64,000 nucleotides of DNA from Trueperaceae bacterium (GCA_034520945.1 JAXHNB010000001.1:288001-352000); one strand, 5' to 3'; counted from the first letter of the stretch, positions 18,045-31,650 are shown. The notes: generated by a model not told the origin, from the sequence alone. Numbers and translations are program-made.

Positions 18045-19552
18045 GGCGCCGCCTCCAGGAACGCTTGGGCGGCCTCGTCGCCGAGCACGGCGCGGACGTA
18101 GCCTTGCGGGTTCATCAGTTCGTCCCCCGCGGCTTGGGACAGCGCCAGGAACGGCCCGCTCCAGAACCCGATCAGCAGGGTCACCGCGGCCAACCCCGCG
18201 ACCGGCGCGATCATCGCCCACGGCGGGCGCGGGCCCACCTCGCGCCCCTCCGGGGCGGGCTTCCAGAACGCGGCCTGCCAGATCTTGGTCATGGAGTAGA
18301 TGGTCAGCAGGCCCACCACCAGCGCCACCGCCACCAGGGCCCAGTTGCCGCTCTCGACCCCCGCGAGCAACACGGCCAGCTTGGCCCAGAACCCCGACAG
18401 CGGCGGGAAGCCGGCCAGCGAGAAGGCCGGCACCAGGAACAACGCCGCCAGCAACGGCCGGTGCCGGTACAGCCCGCCCAAGCGGTCGAGCTCGAAGCTG
18501 CCGCCGGCGTGCCGCGCCAGGCCCGACACGAAGAACAGGTTCGCCTTGACGATGATGTGGTGCACCAGGTAGAACACCGCCCCCGCCAGGGCGAACGGCG
18601 TGTACAGCGCCAGTCCCATGATCATGTAGCCGATCTGGCTGATGATGTGAAACGACAGGATCTTGCGGAACTCGTTCTGCGCGGCGGCGCCCAACACGCC
18701 GGTCAGCATGGTGAACCCCGCCAGCCACGCCAGGACCCCGTGCGTCCACCCCACGTCCTGCGTGAACAACAGCGTGAACGCGCGCATCAGCGCGTACACG
18801 CCGACCTTGGTGAGCATGCCGGCGAAGATCGCCGACACCGCCACCGGCGGGGTGTGGTACGAGGCCGGCAACCAGAAGAACAGCGGGAAGATCGCCGCCT
18901 TGATCCCGAACGCCACCAGGAACAACATCGCCAGCACCGTGGCCAGCGCGTCCGGGACGTGGTGCAGCGCCCCGGCCAGGTCGGCCATGTTCAGAGTGCC
19001 GGTCGCGCCGTAGGTGAGGCCGATCGCGGCGAGGAACAACAGCGACGACACCAGGTTCACCGCGACGTACTTGAGGCCGCCCTCCAGCTGCGCGCGCCGG
19101 TTGCCGAGCGTCAACAGCGTGAACGACGCGATCAGCAGCACCTCGAACCAGACGTACATGTTGAACAGGTCGCCGGTGAGAAAGGCGCCGTTGATGCCCG
19201 CGAGGAGCACCTGGAACAGCGGGTGGTACCCCAGCGCCTCGCGGGCTGGATCGATGTCCCGCAGCGCGTACACGGCCGTCGCGAACGCCATCAGCCCGCT
19301 GATGGCCGTCATGATGGCGGACAGGTGGTCGGCCACCAGGCTGATGCCGAACGGCGCGGGCCAGCCCCCCGCCTGCATCACCTGGATGCCGTCCTGCGAC
19401 ACGCGCGCCAGCAGCGCCAGCGTCAGCAGCAGCAACGCCGCGCTGGCCCCGGTCGAGATCCAGCGTTGGGCACTGCGGCGGCCGTACAGCGCGAAGCCCA
19501 GGGCGGCCGCCGCCAGCGGAAGGGCGACGGGGGAGACCAGCAGCCAGTTCAC
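18041..19552 (-). CDS. mrpD: Mrp subunit D
   Basis: Contains GDLFNMYVWFE, KAAIFPLFFWLPASY, LTKVGVY and GFPPLSGFWAK; GTGA overlap with the mrpC stop. Confidence 0.93.
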   Translation of the reverse strand: MNWLLVSPVALPLAAAALGFALYGRRSAQRWISTGASAALLLLTLALLARVSQDGIQVMQAGGWPAPFGISLVADHLSAIMTAISGLMAFATAVYALRDIDPAREALGYHPLFQVLLAGINGAFLTGDLFNMYVWFEVLLIASFTLLTLGNRRAQLEGGLKYVAVNLVSSLLFLAAIGLTYGATGTLNMADLAGALHHVPDALATVLAMLFLVAFGIKAAIFPLFFWLPASYHTPPVAVSAIFAGMLTKVGVYALMRAFTLLFTQDVGWTHGVLAWLAGFTMLTGVLGAAAQNEFRKILSFHIISQIGYMIMGLALYTPFALAGAVFYLVHHIIVKANLFFVSGLARHAGGSFELDRLGGLYRHRPLLAALFLVPAFSLAGFPPLSGFWAKLAVLLAGVESGNWALVAVALVVGLLTIYSMTKIWQAAFWKPAPEGREVGPRPPWAMIAPVAGLAAVTLLIGFWSGPFLALSQAAGDELMNPQGYVRAVLGDEAAQAFLEAAP

Positions 19553-19956
19553 GGCCACGTCGCGTCCTCGTCCTCTTCGGGTTCGTCCAGGCCCGGCACC
19601 GGCCGTGGGTCGGCCATGCGTTCCGCCATGCGTTCGGTCTTGACCGTGCCGAGCCGTTCGTAGGTCCGCAGCAGCAGCACCAGCGTGAACACGGTGAGTC
19701 CGAAGCTGATCACGATCGCGGTGAGGATCAATGCCTGCGGCAGCGCGTTGGCGGCCCCGTCCGGGGGGACGGACGCGCCTGCGGGCACCAACGGCGGCAC
19801 CTCTTTTGTCAGGCGGCCCAGCACGAAGATCGCGACGTTCACCGAGCCGGACATCAGGATGAGCCCGAACACGAAGCGCAGCATGTTGCGTTGCATCACC
19901 AGGTACAGGCCGGAGGCGAAGAGCGCCCCGACCACGATCGCGACGGGGACCTCCAT
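19549..19956 (-). CDS. mrpC: Mrp subunit C
   Basis: Contains LPQALILTAIVISFG. Confidence 0.92.
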   Translation of the reverse strand: MEVPVAIVVGALFASGLYLVMQRNMLRFVFGLILMSGSVNVAIFVLGRLTKEVPPLVPAGASVPPDGAANALPQALILTAIVISFGLTVFTLVLLLRTYERLGTVKTERMAERMADPRPVPGLDEPEEDEDATWP

Positions 19957-20366
19957 CAGTGTTCCTCCAACGCGAACAACATGGTGAGCACCACCCCGAT
20001 CACCACCAGGTACACCCCGACGTCGAACAACAGCGGCGTGCTGAGTTTGATCTCCAGCGCACCCAAATCGCGGATCCACCATAGGCCGGTAAGGAACTCC
20101 TGGCCCGCCAGGGCGGCCAACAGGCCCGCTCCCGCGGCGGCGGAGAGGCCCACGCCGATCACGATCTGGGGCTTCACCCGCAGCAGTTCCGCGGCCGCCC
20201 GGGCACCGTCCGAGATGGCGTATAGGGCGAGCGCCGCCCCTGCCACGAGCCCGCCGATGAACCCGCCGCCCGGCAGGTCGTGCCCACGCAGCAGCAGGAA
20301 CACCGACAACAACAGCAGCACCGTGATCAGCAGGCGGGTGGTCGTCCGGAGGATCACGCTGTTCAT
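19956..20366 (-). CDS. mrpB: Mrp subunit B
   Basis: Contains [14 protein letters not shown] and [12 protein letters not shown]. Confidence 0.92.
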   Translation of the reverse strand: MNSVILRTTTRLLITVLLLLSVFLLLRGHDLPGGGFIGGLVAGAALALYAISDGARAAAELLRVKPQIVIGVGLSAAAGAGLLAALAGQEFLTGLWWIRDLGALEIKLSTPLLFDVGVYLVVIGVVLTMLFALEEH

Positions 20367-22824
20367 GGCGTGCCCCCCTCCTCGGGCGGATCCGACCGTT
20401 CGGAGGGGTCGCCCGGGCCCTCCCCGTCTCCGGCGTCGCCGTCGGGGTCGCGGCGGCCCGCCGGCATCGGTGCGGCCGCCGCGCGCGAGGACGCCAGGCT
20501 CCGGAACGGTCCTGGGGCGGCGCTCGGGGCGTCGGGATGCGGACGGCTCCGGGCGCGCTGCAGCAGGGAGAACACCCCCGTGGCGGCCACGGCCAGCACC
20601 GTGATCTCGCCGAGCGTGTCCAACGCGCGGAAGTCGACCAGGATCACGTTCACGATGTTTCGGCCGTGGGCGGCGGGGTAGCTCTGCTGCTCGAAGTAGG
20701 TCGTGAGGGTGGGGTCGAACGGCGTCGACAGCACCGCCAGCATCAGGGTGGTCAGCAGGATGCCGCCCGTCACCGCCACCACCCCGGCCAGGGCGCGCAC
20801 GCCGTCCCGGACCGGCTCGCGCAGCAAGGCGTGCGGGAGCCGCACCAGCACCAGCGCCACGATGATCACCACCAGCGTCTCGACCAGGAACTGCGTGATG
20901 GCCAGGTCGGGGGCGGCGAACAGCACGAACACGAATGCGATGCCGAACCCGACCACCCCCAGCGCCGTGATCGCCTCCAGGCGCGAGTGGGCGCGGACCA
21001 CCGCCAGCGCCGCCACCACCGTGATCAGCAGGAACAGGTACTCGTACACCGTGCCGCCGGTGAATGGCGGGGCGATGCGGAGTCCGCCCTTCACCGCCAG
21101 CGTGAGCGCGGTCAGGCCGAACGCGAAGGAGAGGATGATCGTGAGGTAGTGCCGCAGGTCGTTCGACTGCAGCACCCGCGTCTGCCACTGCGCCAGGCGC
21201 ACCAGCCCCCCATGGTGTGTTCGTAAGCCTGCGCCGGGCCGAACGATCGCTCGCCGTACCGCCTGCGGAGCATGAGGTGTACGGCCCGCCAACGCCAGGT
21301 GAGAACGGCCCCCAACAGGAGCGTCACCGCCGACAGGCCCAGGGCGGGGGTGAGGCCATGCCACAGGTAGATCGACACCCCGGTCGCAGCGCCGTGCACC
21401 GCGCCGGCGGCCGGCGCCAGCAGACCGTCCTGCACCAGGGCAGGCGCCACCCCGAACACGAGTCCCAGACCGGCCAGCGTCATCGGGCCCGCCGTCATCG
21501 ACAGCGGCGCCTCGTGGGGCGCCTTGGGGGCGCGTGGCGTGCCGCCGGCGAAGGGGCGCCACGCCACCAGCACTGTGATCACCACCATCGCGGCGTTGGC
21601 CGCGACCAGGACGGCCAACGGCAGTGGCTGCGACAGGAGCGACTCGTAGACGAGTTCCTTGCCGACGAAGCCGAGCATGGGCAGGATCCCCGCCGCACTG
21701 AGGCCGGCCGCCAGCGCGATGGTCCACGTCACCGGCATCAGGCGCCCCACCCCGGACAACTCGGTGACGTCCCGCGTGCCGGCCTCGTGATCCAGGCTTC
21801 CGGCCACCATGAACAGCGGCGCCTTGTACAGCGCGTGCGCCAGCATGTACACCACCATGGCGGTGGCGGCGTAGCGGGTGTCGATGCCGATCAGCAGCAC
21901 GAGGGTGCCCAACGCGATCAGCGTCGAGTAGGCCAGCAACCGTTTGGCGTCGCGTTGCAGCAGCGCCAGCACCGCCGCCGCCACCACGGTGGCTGCGCCC
22001 GCCAGCACCAACAGCCAGGTCCACGCCGCGGTGCCGCCCAACGCCGGAGCGGTGCGGGCCAACAGGTACACGCCCGCTTTGACCATGGTGGCGCTGTGCA
22101 GGTAGGCGGACACCGGCGTGGGGGCCGCCATGGCGTTGGGCAGCCAGAAGTGGAACGGGAACTGCGCCGACTTGGTGAACGCGCCGGCGGCGACCAGTGC
22201 CAGCATGGGCAGGTACCACCCCGAGGCGTGCAGGAGCGCTGGATCGGCCAGGATCTCGGAGATGCGGAAGGTGCCGGCGGCGGCGCCCATCATCAGGAAG
22301 CCTGCCAGCATGGCCAGCCCCCCGGCCGCGGTCACCAGCATGGCCTGCAGCGCGTTGGCGCGGCTGCCGGCGTCCTCGTGGCCGTAGCCGATCAGGAAGT
22401 AGGAGGTGAAGCTGGTCAACTCCCAGAACACGAACAGCGTGATCAGGTCGTCGGCCAGGACGACGCCCAGCATGGCGCCCATGAAGGCGAACAGCAGCAG
22501 GAAAAAGCGTGGCAACTGCCGGTCGCCGCGCAGGTACCCCCCGGCGTACACGGTGATCACCGTGCCGATCCCCGTGATCATCAGCGCGAACAAAAGCGAC
22601 AGGCCGTCCAGGCGGAAGGCCGCGTCGACCCCGAGTTGGGGCACCCACGTCACGCTCTGCACCAGCGCACCGCCGTCGCGCACGGCCGGCGACAGCGCCA
22701 GGAAGTAGGCGGTCAGCCCTCCGGGCAATAGGGCCAGGACCCAGCCGGCGCGGTCGGCCAGCGGCCGGGTCAGGACCGGCGCGGCCAACCCGGCGGCGAA
22801 CGCGGCCAGAACGGCGATCAGCAT
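20363..22824 (-). pseudogene. mrpA: mrpA second copy with a 1-nt deletion at ~21206 (possibly a sequencing error)
   Basis: ACCAGCCCCCCATGG here versus ACCAGTCCCCCCATGG in copy 1, which splits the protein across two frames. Confidence 0.85.
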
Positions 22825-23168
22825 GGCGGCACCCCGGTCGCCTCCCGGGGGGCACGCGGCGGTGCGCCGGCGGGCCTGCGGGCGTCAGGGGGAACGGTCG
22901 TACGGGCCACGGCGGGTCCGTGCGGCCTGCTCATCGATCATGCCTCCTCGGCGCCGGCCCAGGGGGCGGCTGGGTGCGAACATCGGGACGCGAACGCGGA
23001 TCGATCCGAAGCGGCCCAGGGCCGACCGCGGACCGCGTCCGCCCTGCGGGCGGCGGTTCCGCGCGCGTGCGTGACGCCGATTGTATACCGGGGGCGCGTC
23101 CCCCTGGGCATCCCGCCCGGCATGCGGTCGGCACGGGCGGCGTCTGGCGGCCGTCCGTGCGGGCGCCG

Positions 23169-24959
23169 CTACCGTGCGACGCCGGTGGGTTCCGCTTCGG
23201 GCTGCAGGTAGGCGAGGACGCCGCCGGCCCGGTACAGCGCCCGGTCGTACGCCGGCGGCGGCGCGGCTTCGAAGGCGTGACCGTCGATCCAGACGCGGCC
23301 CGCGTCCGGGTCCACGCGCACCACGCTGTCGGGTGCGACGCGCTGGAACGCGTCGGGCGCCGCCAGGGTCAGCACGGGCAGCCCTTCGTCGCGGGCGCCC
23401 GCGAGGTAGACCGGCGCCACGCCGCGTGCCACCACGGCCTGCACGCCGGCTGCGCGCAGGGCCCGCACCGAGGAGGCGCGGTTGCTGCCGACCCCGAACA
23501 CCCCGTCGGCCAGCACCACCCCGCCGTCCAGCGCGTCCAGCACCTGCGGACGCGCCGATTCGGGCAGGAGGTGGTGGAACAGCAGGCGGCGCAGCACGGC
23601 CGGGTCCCCGTCCGCGCTGGTGCCGACGCCGGGCACCGCCGAGGGCGTCAGGTCGTCGGTGGTGACGGTGCCGTGCAGCAGCAACGCATTGCCGTGGCGC
23701 GGCCGTTGCAGGCCGGGTCGGGACCGTGATGGCGCACAGGCGCCCGCCTCGGTGCCGCGCCCGCCGGCGCCCGTCGCGCCGAGCCGGCCCGTGCGGGCCG
23801 CCCGGCCCGCCGTCCGTCCCGAGGCCAACAGGATCTCGGCGTCCGCTGCGCCCATGCGGCCCGCCGCGTTGCGGTTGCCGGTCGTGACCGCTCGGGCGCC
23901 GGGGCCCAGACGGCCGGGGCCGAAGCCGAAGCAGGGGCCGCAGCCCGGCGGGAGCACGGTGACGCCGGCGCGCACGAGCCGTGCCAGCACGCCGGATTCG
24001 TCCAGCCGGCGCGCCACCTCGCGCGAGGCGGGCGCGACCCAGGCCGGTACGCGCGTACGCGCGCCGAGCGCCTCCGCGAACGCGGCGATCTCCTCGACCG
24101 TTCCCCCGGAGCACGTCCCCACGAACACCTGGTCCACGCGGTCCCCCGCCAGGTCGTCCAGTGCCACCACGTCGGAGGCGCTTCCGCCCCGCGCCACCCG
24201 GGGCGTGATCCGGTCCAGGTCCAGACGCAACGCGGCGAACGTGCCCGCCTCCCCCGCGGGCGTGGCGGTCCGCGCGTCCGGCGTGAACACGGCGGTGATC
24301 GCCGTGGCCTCGGGGGCGGCGTTGGCCAGCACCGCCCGCTCCGAGGCGCTCAGCGACGCCACGCCCGCCCCGTGGAACTCCAGCGCGCGGCCACAGGCGA
24401 CCGGAAGGCCCGTCCCGTCGTCGCGGAGGCGGGACAGCAGCGTCAACATGGCGTCCCGCGCGCTGACGCCCGGCGCCAGGCGTCCGCGCAGCTCCACCCC
24501 GACGGTGTGCGGCACCACCAGCGGCAGGTGTCCCGTGTGCATGCAGGCGGCGAACGTGGTCGGCTGAGCGGCGAACGCCGCCGCCCCGAACGCGCCCAGG
24601 GTGGGTGCGTGCGAGTCGTTGCCGACCACCACGTCGCCGGGGCGCACGTAGCCGGCGGCGGGCAGGACGTGGTGCTGGATGCCCTCCCGCGCCAGCAGGG
24701 TGGCGTCGTACGTTCCTACGAACGCATCCCGCTCGTGCAGGAGCCGCACGGCGCGTTCGCGCTCCTCGCCCTGGTAGGTGCCCGGGTCGTAGGTGTGGTC
24801 GTGCACCAGCACCAGCGGACTGGCGGCGCGCGTCGTCCCCAACGCCTGCAGTGGCGCGCGCAAGGCCGGCGTGGTCCAGTCGTCGGTGACCAGCAGATCG
24901 ATGGCGCGCCGCACCGGCGTGCCCGCCGGGGCGCCCAGCAGGCGCTCGATGGCCGTCAC
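23169..24959 (-). CDS. Fused LeuC/LeuD-like aconitase-family enzyme, copy 2
   Basis: Same as 2880-4670 except two divergent patches (EFHGAGVAS; AEALGARTRV). Confidence 0.8.
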   Translation of the reverse strand: MTAIERLLGAPAGTPVRRAIDLLVTDDWTTPALRAPLQALGTTRAASPLVLVHDHTYDPGTYQGEERERAVRLLHERDAFVGTYDATLLAREGIQHHVLPAAGYVRPGDVVVGNDSHAPTLGAFGAAAFAAQPTTFAACMHTGHLPLVVPHTVGVELRGRLAPGVSARDAMLTLLSRLRDDGTGLPVACGRALEFHGAGVASLSASERAVLANAAPEATAITAVFTPDARTATPAGEAGTFAALRLDLDRITPRVARGGSASDVVALDDLAGDRVDQVFVGTCSGGTVEEIAAFAEALGARTRVPAWVAPASREVARRLDESGVLARLVRAGVTVLPPGCGPCFGFGPGRLGPGARAVTTGNRNAAGRMGAADAEILLASGRTAGRAARTGRLGATGAGGRGTEAGACAPSRSRPGLQRPRHGNALLLHGTVTTDDLTPSAVPGVGTSADGDPAVLRRLLFHHLLPESARPQVLDALDGGVVLADGVFGVGSNRASSVRALRAAGVQAVVARGVAPVYLAGARDEGLPVLTLAAPDAFQRVAPDSVVRVDPDAGRVWIDGHAFEAAPPPAYDRALYRAGGVLAYLQPEAEPTGVAR

Positions 24960-24978
24960 GGGTCGCTCCGGGCGCGGA

Positions 24979-26285
24979 TCACGAACGAGCGCCGGCCTCG
25001 AAGCAGTAGCGGGGCGCATCGAAGCGCCGGGCCAGAGCGATCACGTCGTGGCGGACCCGTTCGATGGCGCGGCGGCCGGTGAGCACGTCGGCGATGGCGC
25101 CCGATAGGTCCGCCATTTCGCCCTCGCCCATGCCGAGGCGGGTGATCTCGGGCACGCCCAGGCGCAGGCCCTTTTGCCCGAGGGTGGGGATCAGGTTGAC
25201 GTTGCCGATCAGGTGTGCGTCGTGCAGGCGCTCCACCGCCTCGTCGGGCGGCATCTGCGGCCGCACGTCCAGCCATACCTGGTGCGACGCCGTGCGCTGG
25301 GCGCCGCCCTGTACGGCGAGCCCGTGTCCGGCCAGCCCCTCCGCCAGCGCCCGGGCATTGGCGAGCATCTGCCGCGCGTAGTCGGCGCCGAACGCCCGCA
25401 TCTCGGCCAGGGTCACCGCCAGGGCCGCCACGTGATGGAGATGGAAGTTGGAGACGTGACCGGGGAAGATCGTCGCCTCGACCGCCTCCATCAGCTCGTC
25501 CCGGTCGGTGAGGATCATGCCCTTCTGCGGGCCTGGCAGCGACTTGTGGCAGCTGCCCGACAGCACGTCGGCCCCCTCGCGGAGCGGGTCCTGAAAGGTG
25601 CCGCCCAGGATCAGGCCGAACACCTGGGACGCGTCGTACACGATGATGGTGTCATTGCCCGCCAGCCGGCGCAGCTCCCGCACCGGGTGGGGGAACAGCA
25701 CCATCGACGCGTCCAGGTAGATCACGTCCGGCGGTGCCTCGGCGAAGGCGTGCGCGCACGCGCCCAAGTCCACCACCGCGTTCGTGCGGTCGAAGGGCAG
25801 CAGGTGCCGGTCGGCGCCGATGCGGTCGGCCACGCTGCGGGCCGCGAAGTGGCCGCCGTCCTCCATCGCCAGGTGATAGAACACGTCGCCCGGCCCGACC
25901 AGCGCGTCGATCACGATGTTGGTGCAGTTCTCGCCCGACAGTGGGCGTACGTTGGCGTGGCGGACGCCGAACGCCTCGCGCGCCAGGTCCTTGGCCGACT
26001 CCTCCAGCGTGGCCAGGTGCTTGCCGCCGACGTAGCGCCACTGCGGGTTCTGGAACAGGTAGCGGTGCGAGGCGTCGCTGGCCAGCACGCGCCGGGCCAA
26101 CGGGCTGAGCACGTTCTCGGTGGGGACCAGGCCGATGCAGTCGCGGCGGTAGGCGTCGTGCTGGTCCACCGCGGCCAGCACGTCCGCCAGTTGGGGCACG
26201 GCATGGTCCGCCTGGGGCGTGGCCGGGGCGTGATGCCGGGCGTGGGGTGGAGCGAGGGGGTCGAAGAGGTGGGGGGTCGGGTCAT
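24979..26285 (-). CDS. SHMT-superfamily / L-threonine transaldolase-like enzyme, copy 2 (1-nt deletion in a G run near the 5' end)
   Basis: Catalytic body identical to 4690-5997. G5 instead of G6 at ~26256-26260 uncouples the ATG at 26285; an in-frame downstream GTG exists. Confidence 0.75.
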
Positions 26286-26607
26286 GACGGACACCTGCCA
26301 GGGGCTGGGGGCGAGACGGTTGCCGTCGGCGGGGTGCCTGGACGGCGTGGCCTTCGGTGCTGGGCCGATGCCGCGCGGGTGCCTTCATTCCGAAAGTGGA
26401 AGCCGCGCCCGCTCGACACTGGGCCTAAGGAAACCAAAGATTGCGACGAATTGCAAGCGATCCGAAAGCGACCCGGGGCCCGCCGTCACCCGAGTCGAGA
26501 CGCGGCCGAGGGGGCGTGGACGCCCTGGCGCGGGTCCTGCCCGCGCGAGGACGGCCGGGACGTTCGCCCGCCCGCAGGTTCGGTAGGCTGACCGGCAAGG
26601 AGGCCCC

Positions 26608-26925
26608 ATGGACGTACCCGAGGGCGCACAGGAACAGATGGAGCTGCTGTACGGACGCGAAGCGTGGACGTTGCTGCACGCCTGGATCGGCGAGGGCGCC
26701 GTCCTCGCCGTGGTCGCCGTCGCGGCCGACGGCGTGTTCGACCAGGAGGAGGACGCGTTCAACGTGGACGGCGTACGCCTCGACTACCTGCAGTTGACGG
26801 AGGAGGAGGACGGGGCCTGGTCGTCCAGCGTCGACGCCAGCGCCGAGCTCGGTGACGTGTTTGGCGAGTTGGTGCACGCCTTCGAGCATCGCGAACACAG
26901 CGGGAGCGAGCCGCTCGAGTCCTGA
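26608..26925 (+). CDS. Small acidic hypothetical protein, copy 2
   Basis: Identical to 6320-6637. Confidence 0.65.
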   Translation: MDVPEGAQEQMELLYGREAWTLLHAWIGEGAVLAVVAVAADGVFDQEEDAFNVDGVRLDYLQLTEEEDGAWSSSVDASAELGDVFGELVHAFEHREHSGSEPLES

Positions 26926-26945
26926 AGCAGGGGCGCGCCCTGGGG

Positions 26946-27509
26946 GTGGCGATGCCTGGGCGACCGCTCCGTGCGTTCGCGCATGGACTGTGCCGCAGTG
27001 CTGTCGCGCTGGCGTGGGGGGTGCTCATCGCCGCCTGCGCGCCCGGGCCCACCTCGGGGGTGGTCGCCACGGCGCAGGTCGGTGACGCGGCCGACGGCGC
27101 TAGGGAGGGGGTTTCCCCCCGGGCCGAGCTCGTTGCGCTGGCGAACCGGGCCCGTAGCGAACCGCGCGCCTGCGGCGACAGCTGGTTCGACGCGGCCGAA
27201 CCGCTGCAGATCGACCCCACCCTGATGGACGTCGCGCAGGCGCACAGCGAGGATCAGCGCGCCTTGGGCGTGGCCACCCACGTCGGGCCCGAGGGGCGCG
27301 GTCCGTCCGGCCGCGTGGAGGACAGCGTGTACGAATGGTCGCGCGTGGGGGAGAACGTGGCCTCGGGGTACGACTCGGCGCAGAGCCTCGTCCGGGCGGT
27401 CCTGGACAGCGAGGGGCATTGCGCCAACCTCATGGACCCGGACTTCCGCCACACCGGCGTGGGCCTCTCCGGCGGCTACTGGACGCAGGTGTTCGCGACG
27501 CCGCGCTGA
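26946..27509 (+). CDS. CAP/SCP-domain lipoprotein
   Basis: Lipobox IAAC; AQAHSEDQ, GENVASG, SEGHCANLM and YWTQVF motifs. Confidence 0.88.
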   Translation: MAMPGRPLRAFAHGLCRSAVALAWGVLIAACAPGPTSGVVATAQVGDAADGAREGVSPRAELVALANRARSEPRACGDSWFDAAEPLQIDPTLMDVAQAHSEDQRALGVATHVGPEGRGPSGRVEDSVYEWSRVGENVASGYDSAQSLVRAVLDSEGHCANLMDPDFRHTGVGLSGGYWTQVFATPR

Positions 27510-27635
27510 CGCACGTGCGGGTCGAAGCCCGTCGCTCGCGGCGTCGGCGCCGGGACACGTTCGAATGGGACGTTCGTCACACCATGCCCCCCGCCAAGGA
27601 TGTGCTAGGCTACGTCACATAGAGGGGCCCCAGGT

Positions 27636-27712
27636 CCCTCGGAGGCGATGAACTCGTGTCCGCTAATTGGGCGCTTGGACGCGAGGGAGCCAGTAGCGCA
27701 ACCGGCTGAGGG
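27636..27712 (+). ncRNA. Cyclic di-GMP-II riboswitch
   Basis: GGAGGCGATGAA-CTCGTGTCC...TTGGGCGCTT-GGACGCGAG-GGAGCCAGTAGCGCAACCGG follows the class II consensus as recalled (kink-turn GA pairs, pseudoknot-forming GCGCT/AGCGC). CCCTC/GAGGG closes the structure and a T-tract follows at 27724. Confidence 0.85.
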
Positions 27713-27781
27713 CGGGGTCTCGCTTTTTGTTTCCCTGAATGGCCGGAGCCATCATGGCTCCACGAGATCCGCTCCCTTCGG

Positions 27782-28390
27782 ATGGACGCTACCCAACCGC
27801 GCGCCGGATTGGGGACGGATCTCATGGCTGGACTCGCAAGGAACGCCCGCTCCAAGAGGGTCGGACAAGGACTGTTGCGTGCGCTGGCGGCCACGCTTCT
27901 CGTCGGACTGCTCGCCGCTTGTGGCACCTCGCTGGACGCACCCGTCGGCGAAGGCGACGAGCTGGTCGAAACCGCCAGCGGCGTCGAGATCAGCGAAACG
28001 CTGAACGAGCTGCTGGAGCTCGTCAACGACGTCCGCAGCGAAGGTCGCCAATGTGGGACCGAGTCGTACGACCCGGTGGCGCCGGTCACGGTCGACGCCA
28101 CGTTGCTGCTGGTGGCTGAACTGCACAGTAATGATCAGTTCCAGGCGAAGGAGATGTCGCACCGGGGTTCGGACGGCAGCTGGCCGTCCGAGCGCGTACG
28201 CGCGGCCGGCTACGGCTGGCGCACCGTCGGCGAGAACGTGGCCTGGGGGTACGCCACGGCCGAGCAGGTTCTCGAGGGCTGGCTGGAAAGCCCCGGTCAC
28301 TGCGGGACGATCATGAACGGCGATTTCACCGAAGTCGGCCTGGCGGTCGAAGGGAGCTACTGGACGCAGGTGTTCGCCGCGCCGATGTAG
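27782..28390 (+). CDS. CAP/SCP-domain lipoprotein (paralog)
   Basis: Lipobox LAAC; GENVAWG, WLESPGHCGTIM and YWTQVF. The true start may lie further downstream. Confidence 0.88.
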   Translation: MDATQPRAGLGTDLMAGLARNARSKRVGQGLLRALAATLLVGLLAACGTSLDAPVGEGDELVETASGVEISETLNELLELVNDVRSEGRQCGTESYDPVAPVTVDATLLLVAELHSNDQFQAKEMSHRGSDGSWPSERVRAAGYGWRTVGENVAWGYATAEQVLEGWLESPGHCGTIMNGDFTEVGLAVEGSYWTQVFAAPM

Positions 28391-28500
28391 CCGTCTCGAC
28401 CCCGCGCGACGTTCCACCAGCCGTTTTCCGCCGCCCGAGGCTTGCGTCGGGCGGCCTCGTTCATGGCCGGGCGCACGTCACGCGGGCGGTGTCCTGGAGT

Positions 28501-31026
<2,526 letters not shown>

Positions 31027-31039
31027 GGGGGGCCGCTGT

Positions 31040-31414
31040 TCAGGCACGGTACTTGAGGGCCTCCATGAGCTCGTCTACGATGGCGTCGGTGTCGCCGCGC
31101 GTCGAGGCGGTGGCCACGTGATCGCGGACGTGGGCGCGCAGCACAGTGCCGTTGGCGCGCGTCAGGGCGCCCTGGACGGCTTTGATCTGTTTGAGCACGT
31201 CGACGCAGTACACCTCGGGGTCCTCCAGCATCCGTACGATGCCGTCGAGGTGACCGCGGGCGCTCTTGAGGCGCAGCGACGCGTCGCGGCGCGTGTCGGG
31301 GTCGAGGTGCAGGCAGTCGGCGACGCCGGGGGCGGAGCCCTCGCGTGCCGGTTCGACGGGCGTGTCGGGCTCGGGCGCCTCCGGGAGCGAGGATTCCGTG
31401 GCGGCGCGGGTCAT
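31040..31414 (-). CDS. csoR: Copper-sensing repressor CsoR
   Basis: Contains [23 protein letters not shown] and HVRDHV (Cys/His/His ligand set). Confidence 0.88.
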   Translation of the reverse strand: MTRAATESSLPEAPEPDTPVEPAREGSAPGVADCLHLDPDTRRDASLRLKSARGHLDGIVRMLEDPEVYCVDVLKQIKAVQGALTRANGTVLRAHVRDHVATASTRGDTDAIVDELMEALKYRA

Positions 31415-31608
31415 GACGCGGGCGTGGCGGTGTAGCCTTCCTCGGCCACGGCCGCCACCAGTCGTTCCACGTCGCCGCCCTCGACCCGGGCGTGCCCGGC
31501 GTCCAGGTCGACGTCGACGCGGGTGACGCCGTCGACCGAGCCGAGCGCCTCCTCGACCGCCTTCTTGCAGTGTCCGCAGGTCATGCCCTGGATGGTGAAC
31601 TCGTTCAT
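31411..31608 (-). CDS. copZ: Copper chaperone CopZ
   Basis: 65 aa HMA domain with GMTCGHC; AAAGGA RBS. Confidence 0.9.
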   Translation of the reverse strand: MNEFTIQGMTCGHCKKAVEEALGSVDGVTRVDVDLDAGHARVEGGDVERLVAAVAEEGYTATPAS

Positions 31609-31650
31609 GTTGGGTCCTTTCCGGCCGCGTGCGCGGCGCCCCCATGGGCC

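Larger units (their letters stand above)
20291..27488. repeat. Copy 2 of the 7.2 kb direct repeat
   Basis: Matches 1-7200 by direct comparison. Confidence 0.97.
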
